IMG/VR virus record: IMGVR_UViG_3300032293_001439
Coordinates: 5,290-69,289 of that record
Length of the DNA stretch: 64,000 nucleotides
From: a virus
Lineage: Duplodnaviria > Caudoviricetes
Direction: 5' to 3' (one strand)
Of this stretch, positions 1 to 9,205 are shown one piece after another; within the stretch, counting starts at the first letter, position 1, and every line of letters begins with the position of its first letter. Both the position numbers and the translations under genes were made by a program. Under the pieces are notes generated by a model. The model had not been told where the DNA came from. It saw nothing but the letters and a program-made list of their open reading frames with translations, and did no database searches.

Positions 1-469
1 GCAATGGTCTGAAACACATAAGTATAAGCATATTCACACGGGTGAGTATTGTACATTTGAAGCTTATGTTGCAGAATTTATTGTGATAAGAAGATCAGAA
101 AAGCTTAATCTAGGTAAGCCTTCGTACAAATTTTGGACAAAGGGCGATCCACTGCATTGGCTTTGGAAGAAACAATATGGTGCGGCTGTTCAATTAAAAA
201 AGAAATACAGCGAAGAAGCTATTCTATCTGCCATCAAATCCAAAGATTTCGATAGTCTGCTAGTTATTGGAATCCAAAATGGTAGAGGCTATAAAGTTAA
301 TCCATTAGCAGAAAAAGTAATAGCAAAACACCAAAAGCTTATAGATGATAAGTCAAATAAAGTAGAGATAAATCTTGACGTTGAACAAGAAGTCAAGCAT
401 GTTGAAACAAGATCGACTCAAGGGTATAATACAAAAAAGACATCGATGAACCAACTGAGGAAACTATGA
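1..469 (+). CDS. Hypothetical phage protein, 5'-truncated by the window edge
   Basis: Frame is open from position 2 (QWSETHKYKHIHTGEYCTFEAY...) into ORF 83..469; stop overlaps the recA start (ATGA). Confidence 0.75.
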   Translation, partial: QWSETHKYKHIHTGEYCTFEAYVAEFIVIRRSEKLNLGKPSYKFWTKGDPLHWLWKKQYGAAVQLKKKYSEEAILSAIKSKDFDSLLVIGIQNGRGYKVNPLAEKVIAKHQKLIDDKSNKVEINLDVEQEVKHVETRSTQGYNTKKTSMNQLRKL

Positions 470-1569
470 GTAAAGTAAAAAAGGTTGCAAAATTTTCGGA
501 AGATAGCGTTAGTAGCTCTATTGTATCAAAATATGGCGATGTTGTGCGTAGCGGAACAGAAGTTTTAGCAAACATAAACAATCTAGAAGTGATTGGTATA
601 TCTCCAGCGTTGGATATAGCTCTTGGTGGCGGTCTTAGGGAGGGTTCTGTTGTTGTAATGACGGGCGACCCAAAGAGTGGAAAAACCACAACTGCCCTAC
701 ACTTTGCTTCCAAGTGTCAACAAAAGAACAAGCGTGTTATTTATGTCAATACCGAAGGTAGACTATCTAAGCAAAACTTTGATGGCATTAAGGGTCTACA
801 ACCAGATAACATATTGATTATTGAGTCTACCGATGAGCGTGTATTATCGGCAGAAGACTTTTTGAATATCATAGAATACTATATCAATAATGATCCCGGT
901 TGTTTGATCATAGCAGATTCTCTATCTAATATGGTTCCAGCATGTGAGTTAGAGGGCGAGGTTAGAACTGGTGTTCGTAATGCTCTACCAAGACTTCTCT
1001 CCATGTTTTTTAAGAGAATTAGTGGAACGTTGATGAAGAACAAGACTATTCTTATTTGTATTACGCACAATATTGCTAATACTGGCGGATCTCCATATGC
1101 TCCACAAAAAATGGCCGATTGTGGAAACATGTTACAATATCAAGCTGGTACGAACATGATCATTACACACAGGGGAAAGTGGCAGATACCAAAAGATACG
1201 GGACAGCACGTTGGTCAAATAGCCAATTGGTCTATTAAAACATCTAACGCTGGCGGAAGACCAAACAGCACCGCAGAAGGATGGATAAGGTATGGAATTG
1301 GTGTTGATGAAGTTCAAGAGGTTATTCATATAGCTTGCGAATTTAGACTGATCAAATCCGCTGGAGCTTGGTATACTATACAATGTGCTGTAGATGAGCC
1401 TACTCATCCAGATATTGCCAAGATGCTTGACGATAACAAGATAGGTAAGACTCCAGATGACATAGAAAGATTCTTTAAATTTCAAGGCGTAAACAACGTC
1501 GCTGACTTCTTAAATAGTAATCCAATTGTATCAGATTTTATCTACAAAAAGATAAGGGAGTTGCATTGA
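466..1569 (+). CDS. recA: RecA/UvsX-like recombinase
   Basis: LDIALGGG, Walker A GDPKSGKTT, YVNTEG, Walker B IIADSLS, GAWY near the C-terminus. Confidence 0.93.
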   Translation: MSKVKKVAKFSEDSVSSSIVSKYGDVVRSGTEVLANINNLEVIGISPALDIALGGGLREGSVVVMTGDPKSGKTTTALHFASKCQQKNKRVIYVNTEGRLSKQNFDGIKGLQPDNILIIESTDERVLSAEDFLNIIEYYINNDPGCLIIADSLSNMVPACELEGEVRTGVRNALPRLLSMFFKRISGTLMKNKTILICITHNIANTGGSPYAPQKMADCGNMLQYQAGTNMIITHRGKWQIPKDTGQHVGQIANWSIKTSNAGGRPNSTAEGWIRYGIGVDEVQEVIHIACEFRLIKSAGAWYTIQCAVDEPTHPDIAKMLDDNKIGKTPDDIERFFKFQGVNNVADFLNSNPIVSDFIYKKIRELH

Positions 1570-1988
1570 AAGTAACCGGAATCAATGGCAAAGAGTATGT
1601 ATGGAATCTTTCTGGTTATGATGTATTCAATGACGATCAAAGAAAAAGATCAAAGTATCATATCAGAGCTAGAAATTTATTAAAGGAAATCTATAATAGT
1701 TATAGAATATTGGAAGAAGTTAAGCTTCCGGGAAGCACAGCATTAAACAGAAAATCCGTGTTGTATCTTGACTTTTACATCCCGTCCATTAGACTAGGAG
1801 TAGAAGTTCATGGAGAACAGCACTATGAATATAATGCTTTTTTTCATAAGAGTAAAGCAGACTTCTTAAAGGGCAGAGCCAGAGATGACGATAAAATAGC
1901 TTGGTGTGAGTTGAATGAGATTGATCTTATAACCTTAAAATATTCAGAAAGTGATGATGAGTGGAGACAAAGAATTAAAAGCGTCTGA
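1566..1988 (+). CDS. DUF559/Vsr-like PD-(D/E)xK endonuclease
   Basis: LYLDFYIP..LGVEVHGEQHY...RDDDKIAWCELNEIDLI pattern; TTG start overlapping the recA stop. Confidence 0.75.
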   Translation: MKVTGINGKEYVWNLSGYDVFNDDQRKRSKYHIRARNLLKEIYNSYRILEEVKLPGSTALNRKSVLYLDFYIPSIRLGVEVHGEQHYEYNAFFHKSKADFLKGRARDDDKIAWCELNEIDLITLKYSESDDEWRQRIKSV

Positions 1989-2433
1989 GAAACTATCAGA
2001 ACACCTAGAAGCAATCAATAACTACATAAATAGTAGCAATACCAAATTCTCATCATTTCGTGAGGAATATTTGCTGGTTTCCGATTTGTCATCCGATCAG
2101 CTTAAGAAATTAACCCAACAAGATTTGTTTGACGCTGCGTATCTAATGTATGGATATGCAACATATATTCAAGATGAAATCAATAAGAATAAGGTTGCTT
2201 TAAGCTGGTGTCATGACCAGATGGAAAAGCTTATTGTAAAACATACACAAGAATTTAATCAGTATACAAAACACGAATCTAAAAAACATATTTTGGCTCA
2301 ATCTAATTCTTACGCAGCATCTTTGGAAAATATGAGGGAAATAGCAGAAGCTAGGCTACAAGCACTAGATGGTAAAGTTTATGAACTAAAAAGAAAAGCT
2401 GACATTTTGCTAGAGAAAGGTAAGAGAACATGA
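1957..2433 (+). CDS. Hypothetical alpha-helical/coiled-coil protein (position fits a UvsY-like recombination mediator)
   Basis: Tightly packed ORF with heptad-like composition; function inferred from context only. Confidence 0.6.
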   Translation: MSGDKELKASEKLSEHLEAINNYINSSNTKFSSFREEYLLVSDLSSDQLKKLTQQDLFDAAYLMYGYATYIQDEINKNKVALSWCHDQMEKLIVKHTQEFNQYTKHESKKHILAQSNSYAASLENMREIAEARLQALDGKVYELKRKADILLEKGKRT

Positions 2434-2825
2434 GTATGAAAGATTTTATCGACACCTTAAATGATAGCCAAAAAAAGGCTTTGTTAGAAGCACTTATGCA
2501 AAATGGCGAAACAACATTAAAGGATATTCCAGAAGAAGTAAAACAAGAAACTAAAAATCAAATCACAGAAGATTTTAGGGTTAGTTCCATAAAAGGTAAT
2601 AAAAACAATAAGAGGAGAGAACCGGTGAAGGCCAGAAAGAATGAGTGGGTTGACGAGGGCGAAGATAGACATATTGAAACAAAATATGGGGCTAGAACGC
2701 CACGAAGCAGAGAGCCAAACAAGAAGATGGATGTTGAATGTAGTGTGTGTGGAAGATCTTTTAAAACTGATCCCAAATATGTATATGGGGAATATCATCG
2801 TTGCAGTAGGTGCATAGGTCGATAA
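2430..2825 (+). CDS. Hypothetical protein with C-terminal zinc ribbon
   Basis: CSVC...CSRC at the C-terminus; ATGA overlap with the upstream gene. Confidence 0.7.
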   Translation: MSMKDFIDTLNDSQKKALLEALMQNGETTLKDIPEEVKQETKNQITEDFRVSSIKGNKNNKRREPVKARKNEWVDEGEDRHIETKYGARTPRSREPNKKMDVECSVCGRSFKTDPKYVYGEYHRCSRCIGR

Positions 2826-2826
2826 T

Positions 2827-4299
2827 ATGGAAAAACTATCTGATATTGGATCCGAAAGAGCGGTACTTGCTGGATTGTTGCAGCACGGTATAGACGGTTA
2901 CGTATCTATATCGGATTTTATTACTATTGATAGCTTTGGTCATCATAATAACCAAGTTATATTTAGATGCATAGAAGAAATAGTAAAAAACGATCAAAAG
3001 GTTGATATACCATCCATACTCTCTATTGCATCAAGGCTCAATCTTTCGGAAGCGATAAATACACCGCAAGAAATAAAATACATAAAATCTCTTTTTGATT
3101 TCCCAGTTGAGAAAGACAATGTTTTCAATTTTGGTTTGCAGATCAAGAAGTTTGAGTTTGCTCGCAAGATAAAAAAACTCACAGAGAAAATACATAAAGA
3201 TATAGATGGCATCTCTGGATCAGAGTCTATTAATGACATTATACAAATACTAGAAAATCCGGTAACAGACTTTCTAAGAGAAGACGATGGCGGCGATGTT
3301 CCAGAGAAAATCGGTAAGGGCATAGAACAATATGTCGATTTTCTTAAGGATAATAAGTGCGACATCATAGGAATTCCCACTGGCTTCAATAAATATGACG
3401 AAGCAATTGGTGGTGGTTTGCGTCGTAAATGCGTGGATCTTGTGTCAGCAAGACCAAAGGTTGGTAAATCAGTATTTGCCGATAATGTAGCTCTCAATGT
3501 CGCTCTTAAAAATATTCCAGTATTGATGCTGGATACGGAGATGAGTAAAGAAGACCATCTAAATCGTTTGCTATCAAACATAAGCGGTGTTCCCATTAAC
3601 GAAATAGCAACCGGTAAATTTGTTGACGATGAAGACAAATATCAAAAGATAATGGATGCTGTTAAACAATTAGAGTCTATACCATACAGTTATGTTAGCG
3701 TTGCCGGTCGCCCATTTGACCAAATACTTAATTTGATCAAACGATGGGTTGTACAAGAAGTTAGGATGGACGATCAAGGAAGAACAAATAACTGTGTGAT
3801 TATTTATGACTATCTCAAGCTAATGTCCTCAAGCTCTATAACAAATAATATACAGGAATATCAAGCGTTAGGTTTTCAAATCACATCATTACATAACTTG
3901 TGTGTTAAGCTAGATATTCCATGTTTGTCTTTCGTGCAGCTAAATCGTGATGGTATAACTAAGGAAAGTACGGATGCTGTTTCTGGCTCAGATAGATTAA
4001 TTTGGCTATGTACATCTTTCAGTATCTTTAAGATTAAATCCCCAGAAGAATTAGCAGAAGACGGTCCCAATGCTGGTAATAGAAAACTTGTGCCAATTGT
4101 TTCAAGGCATGGTGGCGGATTAGATGACGGCGACTACATAAATATGGTTATGCAGGGGTCACACGCAAAGCTAAAAGAGCTTAAGACCAGAAATGAATTT
4201 AAGAATCAACCAGTTGGTGATACTGGATTGGTTAATGACGAAGGAATTGTAAAGGTAAGAATACAAGACGCAATAAACAATGAACTTGTTACAGATTAA
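2827..4299 (+). CDS. dnaB: Replicative DNA helicase, DnaB family
   Basis: SERAVLAGLL N-domain, GIPTGF, Walker A ARPKVGKS, TEMS, IYDYLKL, QLNR. Confidence 0.95.
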   Translation: MEKLSDIGSERAVLAGLLQHGIDGYVSISDFITIDSFGHHNNQVIFRCIEEIVKNDQKVDIPSILSIASRLNLSEAINTPQEIKYIKSLFDFPVEKDNVFNFGLQIKKFEFARKIKKLTEKIHKDIDGISGSESINDIIQILENPVTDFLREDDGGDVPEKIGKGIEQYVDFLKDNKCDIIGIPTGFNKYDEAIGGGLRRKCVDLVSARPKVGKSVFADNVALNVALKNIPVLMLDTEMSKEDHLNRLLSNISGVPINEIATGKFVDDEDKYQKIMDAVKQLESIPYSYVSVAGRPFDQILNLIKRWVVQEVRMDDQGRTNNCVIIYDYLKLMSSSSITNNIQEYQALGFQITSLHNLCVKLDIPCLSFVQLNRDGITKESTDAVSGSDRLIWLCTSFSIFKIKSPEELAEDGPNAGNRKLVPIVSRHGGGLDDGDYINMVMQGSHAKLKELKTRNEFKNQPVGDTGLVNDEGIVKVRIQDAINNELVTD

Positions 4300-5299
4300 A
4301 AAAGTACTGAACAATAGAATAGAAGATGTTCTTTCAAAGCTTGGTATCAAGTATGAAGTTTTTGGAGATAACATCTACTCCACTTGCCCAGTACATGAAT
4401 CAAGTGATAATCCAAGAGCGTTCTCATTTTCTAAGAATAGAGGCATATGGAAATGCTGGACCAGAGAATGTCAGAACAATCATAAGAATGATATATTTGG
4501 ACTAATATCCGGCGCTTTATCAAACGAGAAAGGCGAAGACGTTGGTTTTGGCGATGTTTTGGGATGGATCAGAAAAGAGTTCAATCTTAATATTGATGAG
4601 CAAAATGCCGCAACGACAATAGAGCCTCAAGAAGAAAAAAGCGATTTTGAGGAGCTTATAGATCTTTTGAAAGAAACGGCAACGAAACCCACGATAAACA
4701 GCGTTGATGTAGAATTATCTCTTGATATACCATCAAAATACTTCTTAAATCGTGGATTCAAGAAAAAAACTCTAGAACATTTTGGCGTTGGCGATTGTTT
4801 AGACAAGACATGTAAGCTATATGACAGGTCTGTTATCCCTATTCATAGTGAGTGTGGACAGATCATAGGATACATTGGTAGATCAATAAAAGAGTATAAG
4901 ATACCCAAGTTTCTTATTTATCCCAAAGGATTTGACAAACGATTCCATTTTTACAACATACATAGAGCATTACCATACATACATCAGTCCAATTCTGTTT
5001 TTATAGTAGAAGGACAGGGAGATTTATGGAAATTGCATGAGGCTGGAATATATAACGCGGTTGGAATATTTGGTAAGACTTTAACCAAAGAGCAACAATC
5101 CAAGTTGCAACAACTGCCTCTGACTCATATAATTATTTTAACGGACAACGATCAAGCTGGACGAGAATCCAAGATACAGCTACAAAGACAACTGGGAAGA
5201 TTCTATAAGCTTAGTTTCCCAAAATTAAATCATAAAGACATTGGCGAAATGTCTATTGAGCAAATCAAGAAGAATGTATTATCACAAATAAGGGGTTAA
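4280..5299 (+). CDS. dnaG: DNA primase, DnaG-like (Zn finger + TOPRIM)
   Basis: CPVH...WKCWTREC zinc finger; GYIGR; TOPRIM VEGQGD and TDNDQAG. Confidence 0.92.
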   Translation: MNLLQIKKVLNNRIEDVLSKLGIKYEVFGDNIYSTCPVHESSDNPRAFSFSKNRGIWKCWTRECQNNHKNDIFGLISGALSNEKGEDVGFGDVLGWIRKEFNLNIDEQNAATTIEPQEEKSDFEELIDLLKETATKPTINSVDVELSLDIPSKYFLNRGFKKKTLEHFGVGDCLDKTCKLYDRSVIPIHSECGQIIGYIGRSIKEYKIPKFLIYPKGFDKRFHFYNIHRALPYIHQSNSVFIVEGQGDLWKLHEAGIYNAVGIFGKTLTKEQQSKLQQLPLTHIIILTDNDQAGRESKIQLQRQLGRFYKLSFPKLNHKDIGEMSIEQIKKNVLSQIRG

Positions 5300-5300
5300 T

Positions 5301-6038
5301 ATGAAGATCGTAGGCATATCTGGTAGAAAACAGGCTGGTAAAAATACTGTTGCTAACTACATAAACGGTGTGGTTCTTGCAAATAGGGGAATGATATCAG
5401 ACTTTTTTATTGAGCAAGATGGATCTTTGGCTGTATCAACAAAAGATAATTCTGGCAAAGTTGGCTATGGTATATTTGACGTTACCAGAAAAGATCAAGT
5501 ATTTGTAGAGTATGCTGAAAAAGAACTATGGCCCTACATAAAAGTTTATCACTTTGCAGACCCACTAAAGGATTTGGCTATAAATCTATTTGGTCTAGAT
5601 TCAAAGCTGGTATATGGATCCAATGATGATAAGAATCAGAAGACACCTTTTATTTGGTCTGATCTTCCCGGTGGAAATGCCAGCGAAGAAAACCTAACTA
5701 TACGAGAGTTTTTAGAGTATTTTGGAACATCGATTATTCGAAAAATAAAATCTGACGCTTGGGCAGAATACACACTTAAAAACATATTATCCGATAATTC
5801 TGAAATAGCGATCATACCAGATGTTAGATTTCCCAATGAAGTAGACGCAATAAAGAAAGCCGGTGGAAAAGTCATAAGATTAACAAGAGATATATTCAAT
5901 AGTGATTTTGAAGCAGAATCCGCTCTAGATAAAAAGAATTATGATTGGAACAACTTCGATCTCGTTATAGATAATTCTAATCTGGATCTCAATCAGTTGT
6001 TCGAAACATTAAAAATATATTCTCATCTTTGGAGCTAA
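5301..6038 (+). CDS. Deoxynucleoside monophosphate kinase (T4 gp1/T5 dnk-like)
   Basis: P-loop GISGRKQAGKNT, FADPLKD, IREFLEYFGT, IPDVRFPNE. Confidence 0.85.
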   Translation: MKIVGISGRKQAGKNTVANYINGVVLANRGMISDFFIEQDGSLAVSTKDNSGKVGYGIFDVTRKDQVFVEYAEKELWPYIKVYHFADPLKDLAINLFGLDSKLVYGSNDDKNQKTPFIWSDLPGGNASEENLTIREFLEYFGTSIIRKIKSDAWAEYTLKNILSDNSEIAIIPDVRFPNEVDAIKKAGGKVIRLTRDIFNSDFEAESALDKKNYDWNNFDLVIDNSNLDLNQLFETLKIYSHLWS

Positions 6039-6039
6039 T

Positions 6040-7059
6040 ATGCTAGTAACATACATAAGATCATCTAGTTATAATAATTATGCATACTGCCAAATGCAGT
6101 ACTTTATTACCTACGTACTTGGTCATCAATCAGATAGTGGTAAAAAGGCAGAGCTTGGAACCATAGTCCATAAAGTGATGGAAGTCTTAGCAAAACTAAA
6201 GAAGTTCGCACAAGATAATCCTAAAAAACTAAAACTATGTATTCAAGACGAGGCTGTTGGTGAGATTAATATCAAAAAATCAGAACTGTATACAGCTAAG
6301 TTCATAGATGAGCTTTTGCAGAAAAGTTACAATTTTTATACATCCGAATCAAAAAACAGTTTCTCCAAAGCTGATCAAAATGATTGTTTAAAACTCGTTT
6401 GGGACACTCTATCATATAATGATGGTCAGTTTGATCCAAGGTATAGAAAGATAGTTGCAGCAGAACCACATTTTGATATACCAATAGATGAAGATTGGGC
6501 GTTTTATGAATATGAAGTAAATGGTAAGATGATTAAAGGTCAGTTAGCAATCAAGGGTACTATAGACTTGGTTACAGAGTCTTCTGATGGTATTATAGAA
6601 GTAATCGATTGGAAAACTGGCAGAAGGCTTGATTGGGCTACGGGCGAGGAAAAAACATATGAAAAGCTATGTTCAGATCCACAGCTTTTGCTATACAACT
6701 ATGCAATATCAAAATTATTTCCAGAATACAAACAGTCTATAATGAGCATTTTCTTCATTAAGGATGGTGGACCATTTTCTATGTGTTTTGACAAAGCAGA
6801 TGAGTCTAGATTCCTAAATATGCTAAAAGAGAGGTTCAAAGACATACAGAAAAATAATACTCCAAAACCAATATCAGAAGATAGACAGGGCTGGAAATGC
6901 ACTAAATTGTGCCATTATTGCAAGAACAACTGGCCGGGAACAGACACCAATATGTGTATACATATAGAGAACGTACTTAAAACCAAGGGTATGGATGAAG
7001 CTATAAAACAATGCACCAAACCCGGATTTGATATAGGCTTTTATTCTGCACCGGGTTAA
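6040..7059 (+). CDS. Cas4/AddB-like PD-(D/E)xK exonuclease with probable Fe-S cluster
   Basis: SSSY..Y.YC, GTIVH, KGTIDLV, IDWKTG, QLLLY, C-terminal CTKLCHYC. Confidence 0.85.
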   Translation: MLVTYIRSSSYNNYAYCQMQYFITYVLGHQSDSGKKAELGTIVHKVMEVLAKLKKFAQDNPKKLKLCIQDEAVGEINIKKSELYTAKFIDELLQKSYNFYTSESKNSFSKADQNDCLKLVWDTLSYNDGQFDPRYRKIVAAEPHFDIPIDEDWAFYEYEVNGKMIKGQLAIKGTIDLVTESSDGIIEVIDWKTGRRLDWATGEEKTYEKLCSDPQLLLYNYAISKLFPEYKQSIMSIFFIKDGGPFSMCFDKADESRFLNMLKERFKDIQKNNTPKPISEDRQGWKCTKLCHYCKNNWPGTDTNMCIHIENVLKTKGMDEAIKQCTKPGFDIGFYSAPG

Positions 7060-7061
7060 AC

Positions 7062-7940
7062 ATGAAAAAATTGACAATAGGCATGGCGACTTACGATGAT
7101 TACGATGGAGTGTTTTTCTCCATACAATCATTGAGAATGTATCACCCAATATGTGCGGATAAAGACGCTGTTGAGTTTATAGTATTAGATAGCAATCCAG
7201 ATGGACAGCATGGTAAAGAGTGCAAAAAGTTTGTAGAAAATGCTGTACGTGGAAAATACATACCATATAAAAAGAGACAGTCATCTTTCAATAAGTATGA
7301 TATTGTGGAGTATTCTGACGGGGAGTATGTACTTATAATAGATTGCCATGTTCTTATTCAAGATAATGGTATCAATAATCTCTTATCCTATTTTGAGCAT
7401 CATTACCCGTGCAAAGACTTAGTTCAAGGTCCACTGTGGTATGATGATTTAAAGCATTATTCTACGCACTTTGATCCAGTGTGGCGTGGAGACATGTATG
7501 GTATTTGGGCCACAAACGCCCAATCTTACAATGCCTGTAAGCCTTTTGAAATTCCAATGCAGGGTATGGGTCTGTTGTCTTTTAAAAAATCCGCTTGGAA
7601 TGGCATAAATCCAAATTTTAGAGGATTTGGTGGAGAAGAAGGCTACATAGCAGAAAAATTTAGACAATGGGGTGGTAAAAATATATGCTTACCACAATTG
7701 AAATGGAATCATAGATTTAGTCGCCCAAATGGCGTAAAGTATCGACTAGTATTAGAAGATAGAATCTGGAACTATTTTATTGGGTGGATGGAAATAACAC
7801 AAGATCCAAATCACCAAATGATACAAGATATAAAGAATCATTTTCAAAGTAGAATTCCAGAATGGAGTATGAACAATATATTCGAAGAAGCTAAGACATT
7901 AATCTTTAACAATGGAGAAAATCATGCCAATTCCAAATAG
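7062..7940 (+). CDS. Glycosyltransferase, GT-A/GT2-like
   Basis: LTIGMATYDD N-terminus, IDCH (DxD-like), FRGFGGEEG late motif. Confidence 0.75.
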   Translation: MKKLTIGMATYDDYDGVFFSIQSLRMYHPICADKDAVEFIVLDSNPDGQHGKECKKFVENAVRGKYIPYKKRQSSFNKYDIVEYSDGEYVLIIDCHVLIQDNGINNLLSYFEHHYPCKDLVQGPLWYDDLKHYSTHFDPVWRGDMYGIWATNAQSYNACKPFEIPMQGMGLLSFKKSAWNGINPNFRGFGGEEGYIAEKFRQWGGKNICLPQLKWNHRFSRPNGVKYRLVLEDRIWNYFIGWMEITQDPNHQMIQDIKNHFQSRIPEWSMNNIFEEAKTLIFNNGENHANSK

Positions 7941-8937
7941 AAGAAAAGATGAACAAAAGGACTCTTTCGTATCTCGCTGCATGGGTAACGAGACAATGAA
8001 AACAGAGTACCCAGATCAACAACAAAGAGTTGCTATATGTATCAGTCAAGCAACAGCAGATTGTGATTGTGTAGAAGCTGCTGATTTTGAATTACAAATG
8101 GAAGCTGGCTATGCAGAAGAAATCAATGAAGAAAATTTCTATGTTCCATTCGAAGATGAGTATGAGGATTTTGGCGAACAAACAGAAGAATGGGATTATG
8201 CAGCAGAACGTCCCGGTCTATGGGAAAATATTCGTAAGAAAAAAGAACGTGAAGGAAAGAATTATAAGCCAGCAAAACGCGGTGATCCAGATCGTCCAGA
8301 TCCAGAATCTTGGAAAAAGGCCCAATCAGATAGTGGCGACGAAATGGCATTAGAACAAATCCAAAAAATGCATGATCAGTTGATGGAAATCGTAATGAGA
8401 TTAAAGGGAATGTCTTTGTCTGTAGAATTCCAAGATTGGACAAAGGACATGATTTCTAAAGCCGAAATATACATTCAGAATGTTTATGACTTTGTAAAGT
8501 ACTACGAACCCGGTAAGTATGAAGACGAATATACTCCAGAAGAAGTTGAAGAGCCATCAGAATTAGAGACAGAAGAGCCTGAGTCTGATGCTGGCTTCAA
8601 ATACGAAGATCCAAAAACTGGAGAAATATACAATTATCGTCGCCAAGGAATTTACGAAAAGGATGGTCGCAGATTAACATATGTTGGTCAAGCGGCTGAA
8701 TATCAAGGTCGTAAAGTGACTCTTAATAAGCCATTTAGAACTTCCAATGGTCCAAAAAAGTTTGCTGTTTACACAAAAAATGAAAGTGGAAATATTGTTA
8801 TTGTCAGATTCGGTGATCCAAATATGACAATTAAAAAGAATATTCCAGAACGAAGAAAGAGCTTTAGAGCTAGACATAATTGTGACAATCCCGGCCCCAA
8901 GTGGAAGGCTAGATACTGGTCATGCAAAGCTTGGTAA
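7924..8937 (+). CDS. Modular protein built from short phage domains (possible internal head polyprotein)
   Basis: GGAG SD before ATG 7924; modules MPIP..FVSRCM..QRVAIC, PGLWENIRKK, EMALEQ..WTKDMISKA and AEYQGRKVTLNKPFR..RFGD..SFRARHNC..ARYWSC separated by acidic linkers. Confidence 0.7.
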   Translation: MPIPNRRKDEQKDSFVSRCMGNETMKTEYPDQQQRVAICISQATADCDCVEAADFELQMEAGYAEEINEENFYVPFEDEYEDFGEQTEEWDYAAERPGLWENIRKKKEREGKNYKPAKRGDPDRPDPESWKKAQSDSGDEMALEQIQKMHDQLMEIVMRLKGMSLSVEFQDWTKDMISKAEIYIQNVYDFVKYYEPGKYEDEYTPEEVEEPSELETEEPESDAGFKYEDPKTGEIYNYRRQGIYEKDGRRLTYVGQAAEYQGRKVTLNKPFRTSNGPKKFAVYTKNESGNIVIVRFGDPNMTIKKNIPERRKSFRARHNCDNPGPKWKARYWSCKAW

Positions 8938-9164
8938 AAAAGTGGCGTAGTCATTTACACGGTAATAACATGACCTATCTCGGTCACTTTAGATTCGCGG
9001 TAGGTCATGGAATTACTTGTCTTAAGGCTGGATTATATTTGATTGTTCACGGTTTGTTTCCTTGTTTTTATCAACATGCTGGCAGCGAACTAGTACATGA
9101 GCTAGAGAAGGATTTCACAAGAAGAGAGCAAACAATAGAGGATTGTAAAAAAGCTCAACCGTAG
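8922..9164 (+). CDS. Small DUF6356-like protein
   Basis: HL..NNMTYLGHFRFA...LIVHGLFP pattern. Confidence 0.6.
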   Translation: MQSLVKKWRSHLHGNNMTYLGHFRFAVGHGITCLKAGLYLIVHGLFPCFYQHAGSELVHELEKDFTRREQTIEDCKKAQP

Positions 9165-9205
9165 ATAGAATATTGTGACCGCATCATTTGAATTAGGAGA
9201 AAAAG

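Noticed and set aside
2994-3638. 214-aa antisense ORF and the many other short opposite-strand ORFs in the track
   Set aside because: They lie entirely within well-supported genes on the other strand, with no motifs or RBS.
6040-7059. Cas4 as a sign of a CRISPR-Cas system
   Set aside because: No other cas genes or repeat-spacer array were seen; stand-alone Cas4-like nucleases are common in phage replication modules.
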